Part shown: positions 51,340 to 64,000 of the stretch, in pieces
How the letters are laid out: the number at the start of each line of letters is the position of its first letter
How positions within the stretch are numbered: position 1 is the stretch's first letter
Assembly (NCBI RefSeq): GCF_035084215.1
Contig: NC_090351.1
Location: forward strand, 12,090,001-12,154,000
Length of the DNA: 64,000 nt
Direction of reading: 5' to 3'
From: Heptranchias perlo
Taxonomy: Eukaryota
The notes under the pieces: model-generated
The model's input: only the letters and a program-made list of their open reading frames with translations
The model's database searches: none
What the model was told of the DNA's origin: nothing
Position numbers and translations under genes: made by a program

Positions 51340-52630
51340 CCCCGAGCACCATCTTGCTGAACCTATGCCGTACAATCTCTACAGCTTTAATGTCCTTCAT
51401 GTAATGGAATACCCCAAATTGTAAGCAGTACTTCAACTGTGGCCAAACCAAAGTTCTGTACAAATTTTATTTTTTTTAAAACTTCTTTGCTCTTGTACTC
51501 TATGCCCCAGTTTAAAAAACCCCAAACTCTTGGCTTTTTTATGGCTTTATCTGCCTGCACTTGCAAGGAATTATATATTTGAACCCTCAGGTCTCTATTC
51601 GTCCACATCTTTCAGCACTTTTGCAATGAGCACATATTCTCATTCCTGCTTTTTCCTTCCAAAATTCATTACCTTACACTTATCCACATTAAATTGCATC
51701 TGCCACCAACCTGTCCATTCCACTGACCTGTCTTGTTAAAAGTCTTCTACAGTCCACCTCGCTGCTTGACAAACTCCATACTTGTGTGTCATCAGCAAAT
51801 TTTGAGACTGTGCTCCCTGTGCCCAAGTCCAAATCATTTATATAAACACACGGAGAACAGAAAAGAACAGCACTGACCTTGGCATACACCACTTCCAACT
51901 CTTCTCCAATCAGAGCAACACCCATTTACCCAAACTATTTCCTATCTGTCAACCAACTTTCTAACCATGCTGCTGCGACATTTCCTTCTGTATCATATGC
52001 CTGAATATTTCTGACAAACCTACTGTGGGATAAGTTACCAAATATGTTCTAAAAATCCATGTACACTACATCTGTTGCATCTCCTTTCCCTAACCAGTCA
52101 CTTCTTACAAAAAAATGTATTAAATTTGTCACATGACTTGCCATTAACAAATCTGTGCTGGCTGTCCTTGATTATCCATGCATTTCTAAATGCTCACTAA
52201 TTTTATCCATAGTTATGGATTCTAAGAGCTGGTCCACAACTGACATTCGACTAACTGGTCCAAAGTTGTCTGATTTATCCTGCTCTCCCTTCCTGAAAAA
52301 GGTATTACATTAAATCATTCAATACTCATCAGTCCCAAAGCACAATTTATATATATTAAAAAAAAGTGAACTGAAAAATTGTAGTCAGGGCCTTTAATAT
52401 CTCCTCTCTGATTTCTTTCAATAGCTTAGTGTGTATGCCATGAGAACCCAGTGACTTATTTTCCTTGAGTTCTGCTCATTTTTTCAGATCCAATTCCTTT
52501 TCTACAGATACTGTTCCATATCCTCCATTAGTACAATTATAGTATCACTTCCACCGTCATTTGTAAAAAAAATGCAAAATCTTTATTTAGTATCTCTGCC
52601 GCAACTCCATCCTCCAAAATTAGACACCCA
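51340..52630 (-). mobile_element. CR1 LINE RT fragment (right part)
   Basis: Minus-strand ORF VYINDLDLGTGSTVSKFADDT, plus GIEYKSKEVL and gtagtgtacatggattttt (VVYMDF). Confidence 0.88.
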
Positions 52631-53689
52631 CTTCATCCCTTAGCTTAGTGGTATAAACTGGGCGACATGGACATGTTGGGCCGAAGGGCCTGTTTCCATG
52701 TTGTAAACTTCTAAACTTCAGTCCCACTTGCTAACATACTTATAAAAGCACTTGGTATTTCCTTTTATATTATCTGCTAGCTTTCTTTTCATATTCCCTT
52801 TTAGCCTTTTTCACCCTTCCAATAAATTTGGTGTAACAACTTTATTATTAGTCCTAATATCATGTGTCCTGTTTAAATTTCAGTTTAGTTTTAATCTCTT
52901 TGATGCTGCCCCCACCCCCCCTTTTTATCCAATCTATATTATCTAAATATTAACATCCTGTCCATATTTACCCATTAGAAATTCCTATGTCCACACTTAG
53001 AATGTGAACTCACAACGCTATAATTGCAAACTCCTGCCATTAGAGATGCTGTGATGCACTGCTGGTGGGAGGGTGTAATTACAGTGTGACAAGTTTACAC
53101 ATGTGCACTTTTCATTCTAAATTTGAATTTCCACATGTATAATGGAAAACACACACACGACAGAATTTATGACTTTAAAATGTGGGCTTAGTATCATTTG
53201 CAGGCCCTGGCCCAATTATCCCCCATCATCCAACTCTGCTTTGCCGGAAGAGTACACTTTGTTTAATCGGCTCCACTAACGTAACGCAACGCTATGGGAA
53301 ATCAACTAGCAGGAATGTATTTATTTTGTACTCTCTCCATCTCATATTTGAAGATTCTCCATTGCTGATCCACTAACCTGTTAACAAACCTTTCTGCCCA
53401 GTTAATTCTGGACAGATCTCTTATTTCACTGAACTTCACCCTATTCCAATCCAGCACCCTTATCTTCAACTATTATCCTTCTTTATTTTTACATTGACCC
53501 TAACTAAATTGTGGGTCACTATTTCCCCAACTGTCCCCCTACTCTCATCAGTTATTTGCATCAATTCATTTCCCAGAACTAAATTGAGCAATCTTTCTTT
53601 CGTTGTGTGACGAGTAACATAGTTTCTCATCTACATGCTGTCCCTCGGGGACAGCAGACATTGGGGCAGCTTGCACATGCATGCCGACA

Positions 53690-54462
53690 ACATCTAGCTC
53701 CACATCTCCGCCACCTGTCTCAACCATTCACTGCCTATGTTGTCAGAGTGTTTGTCCCACGTCCAGTGTTGGATGAGCCACAATTTCATCCAGGTGAACT
53801 TTAGGAAAACTGAACCCATCATTTTCCGGCCCCATCACAACCTCTGTACACTTGCCATCAATTCCATCCCCCTCGCCAGCCACTGTCTCAAGTTGAACCA
53901 ATCTGTTCCGAACCTGTGTCCAATTCAACTCCAAGCTGAGCTTCTGACCCCAAATCCTGTCCACCACAAAGACATTCCTGCTTCCACCTCCATTAATATC
54001 TCCTGCCTTAGCCCATCTGCTGCTCCCATCTTCCACCCTCCATCAAATTCAGCCCATCCAAAACTCTGCTGCCTGTATTCCATCCCACACCAAGTCCCGC
54101 TCACCCATCACTCCTTCCTGACCGAAATTGGCTCCCAGTATCACTCTTCAATCCTATAACCCCCTCCCAGAAGAGTGTTCCTCCAACTGTGGCCTCTTGT
54201 GCACCCCCCTCCTTTCCCCCAACCATTGGCGGCCGTGCCTTCAGCTGCGTAGGCCCTCTGATCATGGTATTCCCTCTCTAAACCTCCATTTTCATCTCCT
54301 CCTTTAAGGCCCATCTTAAAACCCACCAATATGACCAAGCTTTCAGTCACCCCTCCTAATATCTCTTTTCACTCAGGGTCCATTTTTATCTGACTACATT
54401 TCTGTGAAGTGCATTGGGGCGTTTTTCAGCATTAAAGGCGCTATATAAATGCAAGTTGTTGT
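53690..54462 (+). mobile_element. L2 LINE 3' fragment
   Basis: LSECLSHVQCWMSHNFIQVNFRKTEPIIF; tail ttaaaggcgctatataaatgcaagttgttg. Confidence 0.88.
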
Positions 54463-55025
54463 AGTATGAGTATTGTGTTGCTTTGTCAACTGCCAAAACA
54501 TTCTAATCCTCAGAAAGCTTGGGATAGGCCCCAAGACTACATGGAAATACAAGACTAGGCATAGATTTTGTGACCTTTTAGATGGTATTACCAAACCAAT
54601 GCTAAACAGTGTGCCCATTTGTGCACAGTATTTCCAACACTCTGCTGACAGAAAGGGTTAAAACTGGAGTCCATGGGGCGTACGGTATATTCTGCGTGCA
54701 AGTCTGAGTTGCTCCGTAGCTTCCTGTTTCCATGCTTCTCACCGCCCGCCCCTCACTTATTTGTCAGCATAGGTCTTGTCTGCAAAATCTTTCACCTGTG
54801 TAATTGTAATCCAGATGATGCAGCACCTTCAGAACATGCGTAAGAAGGTCTGAAATTCACACAAGATATCCCCCTATTCTGGCACAACAATGAGACCTCA
54901 GAAGCATTCACAGGATAGATTCAGATTTCAGGCACAAAAATAGGATCATCAATATGGGCCTGATCATCCAAGCCCACCAAATGATTTCTTGTGAACAGTC
55001 AATTAATTCCATCTTATATATGCTC

Positions 55026-56264
55026 TGCTCAGTTTGGTTTCTGCCAGGACCACTCGGTTCCAGATCTCATTACAGCCTTGGTCCAAAAATGGACAAAAGA
55101 GCTGAATTCCAGAGGCAAGGTCAGAGTGACTGCCCTTGACATCAAGGCAGCATTTGACCGAGTGTGGCACCAAGGAGCCCTAGTAAAATTGAAGTCAATG
55201 GGAATCAGGGGGAAAACTCTCCAGTGGCTGCAGTCATACCTAGCACAAAGGAAGATGGTAGTGGTTGTTGGAGGCCAATCATCTCAGCCCCAGGGCATTG
55301 CTCCAGGAGTTCCTCAGGGCAGTGTCCTAGGCCCAACCATCTTCAGCTGCTTCATCAATGACCTTCCCTCCATCATAAGGTCAGAAATGGGGATGTTCGC
55401 TGATGATTGCACAGTGGTCAGTTCCGTTCGCAACCCCTCAGGTAATGAAGCAGTCCGTGCCCGCATGCAGCAAGTCCTGGACAACATCCAGGCTTGGGCT
55501 GATAAGTGGCAAGTAACATTCGCGACAGACAAGTGCCAGGCAATGACCATCTCCAACAAGAGAGTCGAACCACCTCCCCATAACATTCAACGGCATTACC
55601 ATCGCCGAATCCCCCGCCATCAACATCCTGGGGGTCACCATTGAACAGAAACTTAACTGGACAAGCCACATAAATACTGTGGCTATAAGAGCAGGTCAGA
55701 GGCTGGAGCGAGTGACTCACCTCCTGACTCCCCAAAGCCTTTCCACCATCTACAAGGCACAAGTCAGGAGTGTGATAGAATATTCTCCACTTGCCTGGAT
55801 GAGTGCAGCTCCAACAACACTCAAGAAGCTCGACACTATCCAGGTCAAAGCAGCCAGTTTGATTGGCACCCCATCCACCAACGCCACACTGTGGCTGCAG
55901 TATGTACCATCTACAGGATGCACTGCAGCAACTCACCAAGGCTTCTTCGACAGCACCTCCCAAACCCGTGACCTCTACCACCTAGAAGGACAAGTGCAGC
56001 AGGCACATGGGAACAACACCACCTGCACTTCCCCTCCAAATCACACACCATCCTGACTTGGAAATATATCACCGTTCCTTCATAGTCACTGGGTCAAAAT
56101 CTGGGAACTCCCTACCTAACAGCACTGTGGGAGAACCTTCACCACACGGACTGCAGCGGTTCAAGAAGGCGGCTCACCACCACCTTCTCAAGGGCAATTA
56201 GGGATGGGCAATAAATGCTGGCCTTGCCAGCGATGCCCACATCCCATGAACGAATAAAAAAAAA
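55026..56264 (+). mobile_element. CR1/L2-group LINE, 5'-truncated, well-preserved RT domain and intact 3' tail
   Basis: ORF 54991-55644: QFGF..DLITAL..ALDIKAAFDRVWHQG..GVPQGSVLGP..FINDLP..MFADD. Downstream frames LSTIYKAQVRSVIEYSPLAW and NSLPNSTVG..FKKAAHHHLLKGN; A-rich end. Confidence 0.93.
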
Positions 56265-57453
56265 GTCAAACCTTTTTCACTACTTTCAAACTGAGCTTTT
56301 ATGACCAGTTGTGTGCCACAAAATTCAATTCAAACCAATTTCTTTAGAATTGTGCTTCCACAAATAAAAATAATTTGAAGTATCAGGTTTGATACTTAGG
56401 GTCTATGATCAATTGCTAACATGCAACCATCCTTATCCGCAGTCCTAAGTACCCTCTAAATTTTAACCACCTCACATTCTAGAACCAATGTGAAGTAGAA
56501 AAATACCATAAATCCACTTCACATCTCTAATTGATCTTTCTCCTTTTTAAATATTCCAGGACAGCTTGGGCTAGAGATACAGCTAATTTCTGAACCAACA
56601 AACTGTACAAGCATGACACGATTTCAGATCCCTAATACTCAGTGATTCACATATCAGTTAAGTGATTTTGAGGAAAAGTGGGACATATTGATGGCCTGAG
56701 CTCCCTACAAAAAAGTAAAGAACATCTGGCACAACATAATCCTGCCCCACAATACCCGACTCTAAAACGGTCTCCTAATGGATAGTGACAAACAAATAGG
56801 CTTTGAAAACAGGTCCCTTGCTAGGGGAATGTTACATCAGTGATCTTAAAGCAAACGACCAAAAAGGGAAAGGGAAAAACCACACAGCTGACTGCAAATG
56901 GTACTGTATTCATTTCTGACAAAAGCTGTACCTAGGATAGAAAAGTCTATGCAGAATATGTTAGAATGTTTACGAGTTTTACAGTAAGCAAATCTCCCAT
57001 GGCATTGCTCACAGTAATTCAGATGATATGCTTCTTATAACAGGAATTTTTAAAGAAATATTTATATTATTTATTGTTTTAGTTGGTGCTACAGCAGATT
57101 ACCTTCACTAGCTTAAGTCACACAGTGTCCTTGATCTGTGGATTCCCAAGAGATTTGTAGGATAGGTTCAATGCTGTAATTTGTAGAAGTTTTCTTAATG
57201 TAAATGTAAGTTCACATTTATCGAATCCTGGAGTCTTGTCTGTAGTTTCTTCCCCTCTTCCCCAAAAGAAAAAAGCCTTAGTGATCAACATCACAACACA
57301 AGACATGCATGCAATAACTAATGAAATGCGATGGCCTAGATGGATATCCTTCCATTTGTCCTTGGTTCTATATGGTAAGCATCAATACGCTTGCATGTTT
57401 GCTGGTTTTACAGCAATGCTCAACCCTTCCAAAGCTCGCACTCTAGCAATTAC

Positions 57454-57608
57454 CTGTGTTCTGTATCCTCCATGTTTTGGTGAACTGGGTGTCAGGTGGA
57501 ACGGACTCCCCCTCTCCTATTGTAACATCTTCTACAAATGACATAGAAGGTGCGTTTATATTTGGACTCTCAAAGTCATAGTAAGCACCAATGGCAGCCT
57601 GCAAATTC
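57454..57608 (-). CDS. ILRUN: ILRUN (C6orf106) coding exon 2: end of UBA-like domain and start of NBR1-like FW domain
   Basis: Minus-strand translation NLQAAIGAYYDFESPNINAPSMSFVEDVTIGEGESVPPDTQFTKTWRIQNT closely matches vertebrate ILRUN as I recall it. Acceptor ttttcag at 57609-57615, donor G|gtaatt at 57453. 155 nt. Confidence 0.96.
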
Positions 57609-57837
57609 CTGAAAAACAAAAAAAAAATCAATTATCTGAAATAGACAAATATTTAAAGTTTTTTTGAAGCAACATACTGGACGACCTGCATACAAGTATC
57701 CAGAAAACTGAATTCAAAAAGTATTACTGGAAAAAAAGTTTGTCTATGGAACAAGGACAAGAACTTTATTTTACTTGTAACAAAGAACAGATAGCACACA
57801 AACAGACAACAAAACAAAGCATAAAATACAAAAACAA

Positions 57838-58265
57838 TAATATCCATTTATATATTGCATTTAATATAGAAAAATCCCCCATGACATTTCAGTGAGCAGG
57901 TGTAAGCCTTTCTGAGAGGGTTAGGATAGGTGACTGAATGTTTGGTAGAAGAGATGTATTTTGAGTAGGCTTTTATGGAGGGTGGAGATCGGGACTCCAG
58001 CAAGTAAGAAATTGGAAAAGTCGGGTCTAGAGATGATAAAGGTATGCATAAGGGTTTTGGCAGTAGCGGGAATAAGACAGGGGCAGAGGTGGAGGTAAAC
58101 AGTCTTGGTAGTGGATATGAGGTTTGAAGCTCAGCTCTGGGTTTACCTGGACTTCAAGGATGCGAGCAGTCTGGTTCAACATGAGCAACCAGCCAGGGAA
58201 GGTGATGGAATCAATGGCTTCGACCAACCTGATTTTCAATTGTAGGAAATCCTGGCTCACCCACA
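57838..58265 (-). mobile_element. L2 3' fragment, resuming at ~59285-59480 after a nested CR1
   Basis: Tail-like ttgcatttaatatag; ORF LEVQVNPELSFKPHIH. 59285-59480 resumes with RVPQGSILGSLLFLIYML. Confidence 0.7.
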
Positions 58266-58267
58266 AC

Positions 58268-59280
58268 ATAATAACATAGGAAGAGGAGAAGGCCATTCAG
58301 CCCCTCAAGCCTGTTTCACCATTCAATTTGATCATGGATGATCTATACCTCAAGTCCATTTACCTGCCTTTGATCCATATCCCTTGATAACCGTACCTTA
58401 TAAAAATGTCAATCTTAGTCTTGAAAATCTCAATTAACCCAGCATTTGCAGCTTTTGGGGGGAGAGAATTCCATATTTTCATTACCCTTTGAGTGAAAAA
58501 GGGCTTTCTGATTTCACTCCTGAATGACCTAAATCTAATTTTAAGATTGTGCCCCCTTGGCCTGGATTCCGAGAGGTGTTAGCTACTCTTTCGTGTCATT
58601 TTAAACACCTCAATTAGATCACCCCTCAACCTTCTAAACTCAAGGGAATACAAGCCAAGTTCATACAAGCTGTCCTCATAATTTAACCCTGTATAATTCT
58701 GGTAAATCTTTGCTGTACCCCCTCTAAGACCAGTCCTGAGGTGCTGTGCAATGCCCAAAACTGAACTCTGTAATCCAGATGGAGTATGACCCGGCTCTGT
58801 ACAACTGAATCATAACTTCTTTCCCTTTGTTTCCACTCCCCATGAGATAAAGGCCAACATTCCACCAGTCATTTTAATTACTTTCTGTCCCTGTGCACTA
58901 GCCTTTAGTAGTGTGTGTGCCTGGACACACAAATCCCTTTGCTCCTCCATAGTCCCGATTCACTCGCCATTAAGAACATATTCCGATTTGTCTTTCTTGG
59001 ATCCAAAGTGGATGACCTCACACTTCCCCATCTGCCCACTCACTTAAACCATGTCCCTTCATAACTTTCTGCTCCCATCTACACAACTTACTGAGCTCCT
59101 AATTTAATGTCACCTGCAAACTTGGATGTGCAACTCTTTATTCCTTCAACCAAGTCATTGACATATATGGTGAAAAGTTGAGGTCCCAATACAGATCCCT
59201 GAGGAACACATTCCACCAATTGACGTACATTCCCTTTGTCCTGACCCTCTGTCTCCCATTTCCCAACAAATAATCAATTT
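58268..59280 (-). mobile_element. CR1 LINE 3' fragment nested in L2
   Basis: Tail aacataggaagaggagaaggccattcagcccctc; minus peptides HLDYRVQFWA..LEGVQQRFTRII; tgtcacctgcaaactt (KFAGD). Confidence 0.88.
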
Positions 59281-59284
59281 GCAG

Positions 59285-59480
59285 GCAGTCTGACAGCATA
59301 GACATGGTTGTGGGGTCAAGGGCAGGGGTGGAGAATTACAGCTGAGTGTCTTCAGCAATATGGGAGCTCACCCTCTGAAAACAGATATTGGAGGGACAGC
59401 ATATAGATGAGGAAGAGGAGGGAACCTAGAATGGATCCTTGGGGAACTCTGAAAGTGGCCATCCAGAAACTGGAAATGTG
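59285..59480 (-). mobile_element. L2 RT fragment (upstream part of the 57838-58265 copy)
   Basis: ORF 59352-59552 contains RVPQGSILGSLLFLIYML; parallels 34560-34740. Confidence 0.75.
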
Positions 59481-59909
59481 GGACTGGTTGGAGTGGACAA
59501 TATTGAAGCAAGGTGTCATATAGTGGCAGCAAGAGTTCCCAAACATGGCCACGCTTTCAGGAAGCCACCAAATGAAGCCTAGGCTCTAGGGAAAGGGTAA
59601 AAAGCAATTCAACATTCAAATTTGCACAAGAGTAACAAAGGCGAGGGAGTACTTTTGGGAGAGCCCGTCTTATCTTTCCTCTTTAAAATGTCTAAGTGAG
59701 CCACTTTCATTATTCTGTAATTTGTTCTAGATTTTATAGAAGTGTAGCGGAAAGACTAAGCAGCACACAAAGAGCCAAAGACTATTATACTGTATGTAAT
59801 TATTGCATTTATTCATCCTCTATTTACTTTTCTCCTGCAACTATGTTTCAGTTTTTCCTCCCTCTGTTCCTCAAAAAGTTGATTCCTTCCTGAGGCCAAC
59901 AGACATAGA

Positions 59910-60250
59910 CACAGGTCACCCTTTAGTATCACACCCAACTGGCCACTCTTTGTGCATATGGCTTGACGGTAAATGTCAGGTAGCTATTCCATCACAGCCA
60001 CAACCGATCCTGTCCTCACCAGGCCAACGTATATCACTGAATTATGACCAGAAGCTAGAGCTTGTATTATTTTCCATCTGTCTCTCCCCCCTTAATTCGG
60101 GGAATGTTGAGGCCAATTTTAGGGCCTCTATCATAACTCCACCCCTCAGCTGGGATCAAAAATGCAGCATAGACCAGGGATCAAACCTTGGACCTTCCTG
60201 ATCTGTATGGCTCAGCTAATGACTAAATAGACACTAAGTGATTGGGGAGC
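59910..60250 (-). mobile_element. Ancient SINE (AmnSINE2-like)
   Basis: gcatagaccagggatcaaaccttggaccttcctgatctgtatggctcag; tgaggccaatttt. Confidence 0.6.
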
Positions 60251-61924
60251 CTTGGATCAGCTATTTAAACAGAAACAAATGACAATCAAACTAAACATTT
60301 ACACCGCTATTTTTCCTTTTTTAATTAGACTGGGAAAGGTGGTACCAGGTCCGCCAGTGTCACCGGACAAAATCAATTCCACATGTGCCCCCTTTTAAAA
60401 GGGCACCACTAAAAATTATCTAACCAGGTCTAATCAAACTAAAAGATATAATGAAATACTGATTTAAGTTAAATCGCTGTCAATTATGCAATGAACATCC
60501 TGCAATGCCCACCTACCACAGAAGGTCTCGAGTGAACCAGCAGACACCGCAAGTTCCCTCTCCAGGACCGCCTGGGCGCAAACAAGACTGCAGCAGAGAG
60601 GCAGGCAGCCAGATCAACCCTCCCCGCAGGATCGTGCTCACCCTGGACCTGTGAATGGCTGTCTTTGCCAGGCCCGGAAGCAGAGCCTCGAGAAGGTCCT
60701 CTGGCCAGCCCACCCCCTCTCTACCAGGTGGCCAAAGATCAGAAATGTGGGGCTGAAGTTAAATCAAATTGAGCAGCAGCCTATTTAAATATTAAAATAG
60801 AGGCTGCAACCTCTCACACCCCACATACACGTTTAACACAGTTCCCTTCAAGCTACAGGAGTTACACACTGATAACTGATAAGCTGATGTCTGTGAAGTG
60901 GCTCAGCACCATGTTTGACACCACTGCTCTGTGCAACATCCCACCCCAGATCCCCAACGGTGCAGGGAAAGATCCCTGCACAGAGAGCCTTCCATTAGGA
61001 ACCCACCTCCGCCAGATGGCAAGTCGGGAAGTGTCCGGGCGGAAGACAAGAGCAAGAAAGTGGAAAATGTACACGAGCAGTCCGTAGAGGAAATAGCTCC
61101 ATGCAGAATGGACTATTTTGGAGGATTATCAAATCTGAAACATTTTCTTTTCCAGATTATGTAGCTAGTGAATCATTTCTTGAAAGCTAAGACTGTCCTA
61201 ATTATTCCTAGAATGTGTACCCCAATGTGAAATTATTCTATGTACAGCAATCCAACTTTAACAAGTGTGACAATAAACTTGTGCATTCATAATATGGGCA
61301 TGAAGATAAACTGATAAGATAAACACTGCCCATAAACTCATGGATTCCTTAACAGCAACATAAAATATCAGAAGCCAACATTCTTCTTCTGTTCCTCCTT
61401 GTGCATTTCTGCTTATTTTTGGAAGATATAAAGATTATCAACACTGCAGACTGCAATTAATTTTTCCTTCAGGCCCATTTAAAAGGAAATGCTATCCTTG
61501 TAAGTCGCATCTTAAAAGCATTTGACATCTTACCTGGTCTCTGGATTTAACAGTTTAAAGATCCCTAATAAAAGTGATAATTTTCTATTGCTGGTCTAAT
61601 GCTCCACTAACTGGACAGATGTACCATCTCCCAAATTAACTGGAAGAAGATGCAACAATGAGCTTCTCGATCAGTCACTATACTACATCCTACCTGGGAA
61701 ACCAGGTTGGGCTGCAGATGGCCTGAAAGCTGCCATCTGCTCAATCCACCCATATTTAAACTGACAGCACTGCTGGTGCAGCAGGAGGGCAGCTCCGTTT
61801 GTTTTGATTAAACATTTTTAATTAGAAGAAAGCTAATTTTGCCTATTCATTGAACACCAAATTCTAAAAATTTTTAGTATATTTTATAAAGTAAAATTCA
61901 AATAATGTAGTTGGTTGTGAGCAG

Positions 61925-62275
61925 ATCACAGTAGGTACAGCACAGGAGGAGGCCATTCGGCCCATCGTGCTTGTGCCGGCTCTTTGCAAGAGCTATCCAT
62001 TTAGTCCCATTCCCCTGCTCTTTCCCCGTAGCCCTATAAGTTTTTCCCCTTCAAGTATTTATCCAATTCCCTTAGGTAAGTTACTATTGAATCTGTTTCC
62101 ACCACCCTTTCAGGCAGTGCATTCCAGATCATAACAACTCGCTGCGTAAAAAAATGTTTCCTCATGTCGCCTCCGGCTCTTTTCCCAATCACCTTAAATC
62201 TATGTCCTCTGGTTGCCAACCCTTCTGCCACTGGAAATAGTTTCTCCTTATTTACCCTGTCAAAGCCTTCATGAT
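61925..62275 (-). mobile_element. CR1 3' fragment
   Basis: ORF 62034-62405: GFDRVNKEKLFP..TRGHRFKV..FFTQRVVMIWNALPERVVE..LDKYLKGKNL; tail ggaggccattcggcccatcgtg. Confidence 0.92.
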
Positions 62276-64000
62276 TGGTGATCACATGGTGTTCACAATC
62301 ACATGGCACACTAAAATTTAACTGCTGTCTCAAAGGATGCCCAAATTCTACAACATTAGTCTGCATGTCATCTTCAAAATCACATTGCTCCTCTCTATGT
62401 ACCAACCACCTTGATAAGGGTGCAGGATTCGGATTTTTTTTGGGTTTGCAAAATTATTCAATTCAGTTTCTTCAAGCATATCCATCACCAACAGCAAATA
62501 TCGTAATAGTTATCTTTGGATCTAGTGAAATTGTGCAGCTTGTCATTTTGATTATTCCCCTTTTATCTCTACACAGAACACCCCACTATCCAAGACCATA
62601 CAGCTCAGATGATGGTTGACAAGAGCTAAGTTTCAAGGGACCCCCGAACTTAACCAACTAAAACTGCACAGCATACCAGCACGAAGCATTGGAATGCTTT
62701 TTGCTGAATGTCCAACCGTGAGCACCCTACCAGCTAAGGCTCAATGGGTAACTCGTACACGAGAAGAACAGCCAAAATTTCCATGGATTCACTGCACTAG
62801 CAGGAGCTGCTAATACTGGTGCTCATGATGTCCGACAATAGGGTTCATCTTATTCAAGACTTTAAAATGGCATGTGTCATAACCAGGAATTCAAAGTCAA
62901 AGTTTTAAAATCCCTAATTAAAAATAAGAATTCTATAGTTTAAAGACTTTTGCAGCTCAAACCTTTTAAAATACCTCCACAATTTATGCATGCACCAAGA
63001 CACATTTCCAAAGCATCAGTGAGCCAGGAGTTGGAATGGTTGAATTTCAGCTGCTGAATCGCATATTTTGTGGTCCGGTCTCAAGTTTCTCTCGGTTCTA
63101 TAATGAGCTGACTGCTAGGATGTGACCAACAGCATTCCATCAGCCATCCTCCCTTTAATGCTTACTGTTCAAAATAAGCTCCTATTCCTTGAATATAGTG
63201 TACTAGATTTGAGGTATAATTTTGCATGTACAATACTGCTGCCATAAATGTCCCCAATTAGGACAGTTTTACAAAGAAGCTAGAAAGAAATAAATCTTCT
63301 GATTACCATGCTAACTTTCAACACACTGGAAGGACTAGTTTCTTTTAACGAAAATAATCAACTGCACAAACTTTAAATCATCTTTGTGTGATACTTACTA
63401 TCTGTCGCTTTACCTCCTCGAATCCATTTACTACCAAGTGCAATCTCCCACACTGGATTTAGTTATGGTTAAAGTTACCACTAGTTCTAACTGTGTATTG
63501 TAGAGTTAATATGAAGGTACTTGAAAAAGTATGACCACACTTTCAAAGATTCAGTACCTGAAACTGAAGTGGTGACAGCACAGCAACTCATGAATTTGAG
63601 ATCTCCCTTACATCCCATGTCATGCACAATTCCTCAACTCAGGAGGCAGACAGGTGATCTCACTGTGAAATCTTTTCCAAAACTATTTTCCGAGTCAGCA
63701 TCCAGCACACAATTTGGTAAATTATTGGAGTGCAAGTTTGCCTTTGTGTAACAAAAATGCCTCAGCCTTTGCTCTGCACCCTGCTGTAGTGGTCCAGCCA
63801 AGATCAAGATCTCAGGTATGCAGAAAAATCAGACATAACTCATGCAATCCACGCCTTCATCCAATGTGCTGTTGTCATTGGACCTTTAAACAGAGTAATT
63901 TTAGAATACATTTGTTAAAAGCTTCATTTGCACAAAAGTTTGTTCCGTCATCTTTAGCACAATTCTGAAATGAACCGTATCAATAAATGATCCAAATTTT

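Noticed and set aside
55418-55981. 187-aa minus-strand ORF
   Set aside because: Antisense frame of the LINE reverse transcriptase region.
57609-64000. ILRUN first coding exon and promoter
   Set aside because: No MEGMDxDLD/KFSCxGTTDKD-like sequence or CpG island seen; exon 1 must lie beyond the window.

Overview
Repeat-rich vertebrate genomic DNA, most likely from a cartilaginous fish (inferred from the mix of Deu-domain SINEs, CR1/L2 LINEs and Penelope-type relics). The only host gene I can support is ILRUN (C6orf106) on the minus strand. Four coding exons with canonical GT-AG junctions splice into one frame: 57454-57608, 43533-43730, 40353-40681 and 25890-25925; the first coding exon lies beyond the right edge. 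The rest is mostly transposon relics: a near-complete but decayed two-gene PIF/Harbinger element (5663-9638) inserted in a CR1 LINE, a decayed DIRS-type tyrosine-recombinase retrotransposon not evident from the ORF track (~15600-17050), a 180-bp Penelope-like palindrome with a hammerhead-ribozyme core (14736-14915), a non-autonomous hAT-like element with promoter-like signals (50008-51339), a ~670-bp foldback (46207-46873), a SINE sharing its 3' tail with a LINE in the window, and many CR1/L2/SINE fragments. I found no CRISPR arrays, rRNA or true tRNA genes. I cannot claim a new biological system; the best leads are transposon-derived structures and their possible effects on the ILRUN transcript. 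Family names come from motif recall, not database searches, and most repeat boundaries are approximate.
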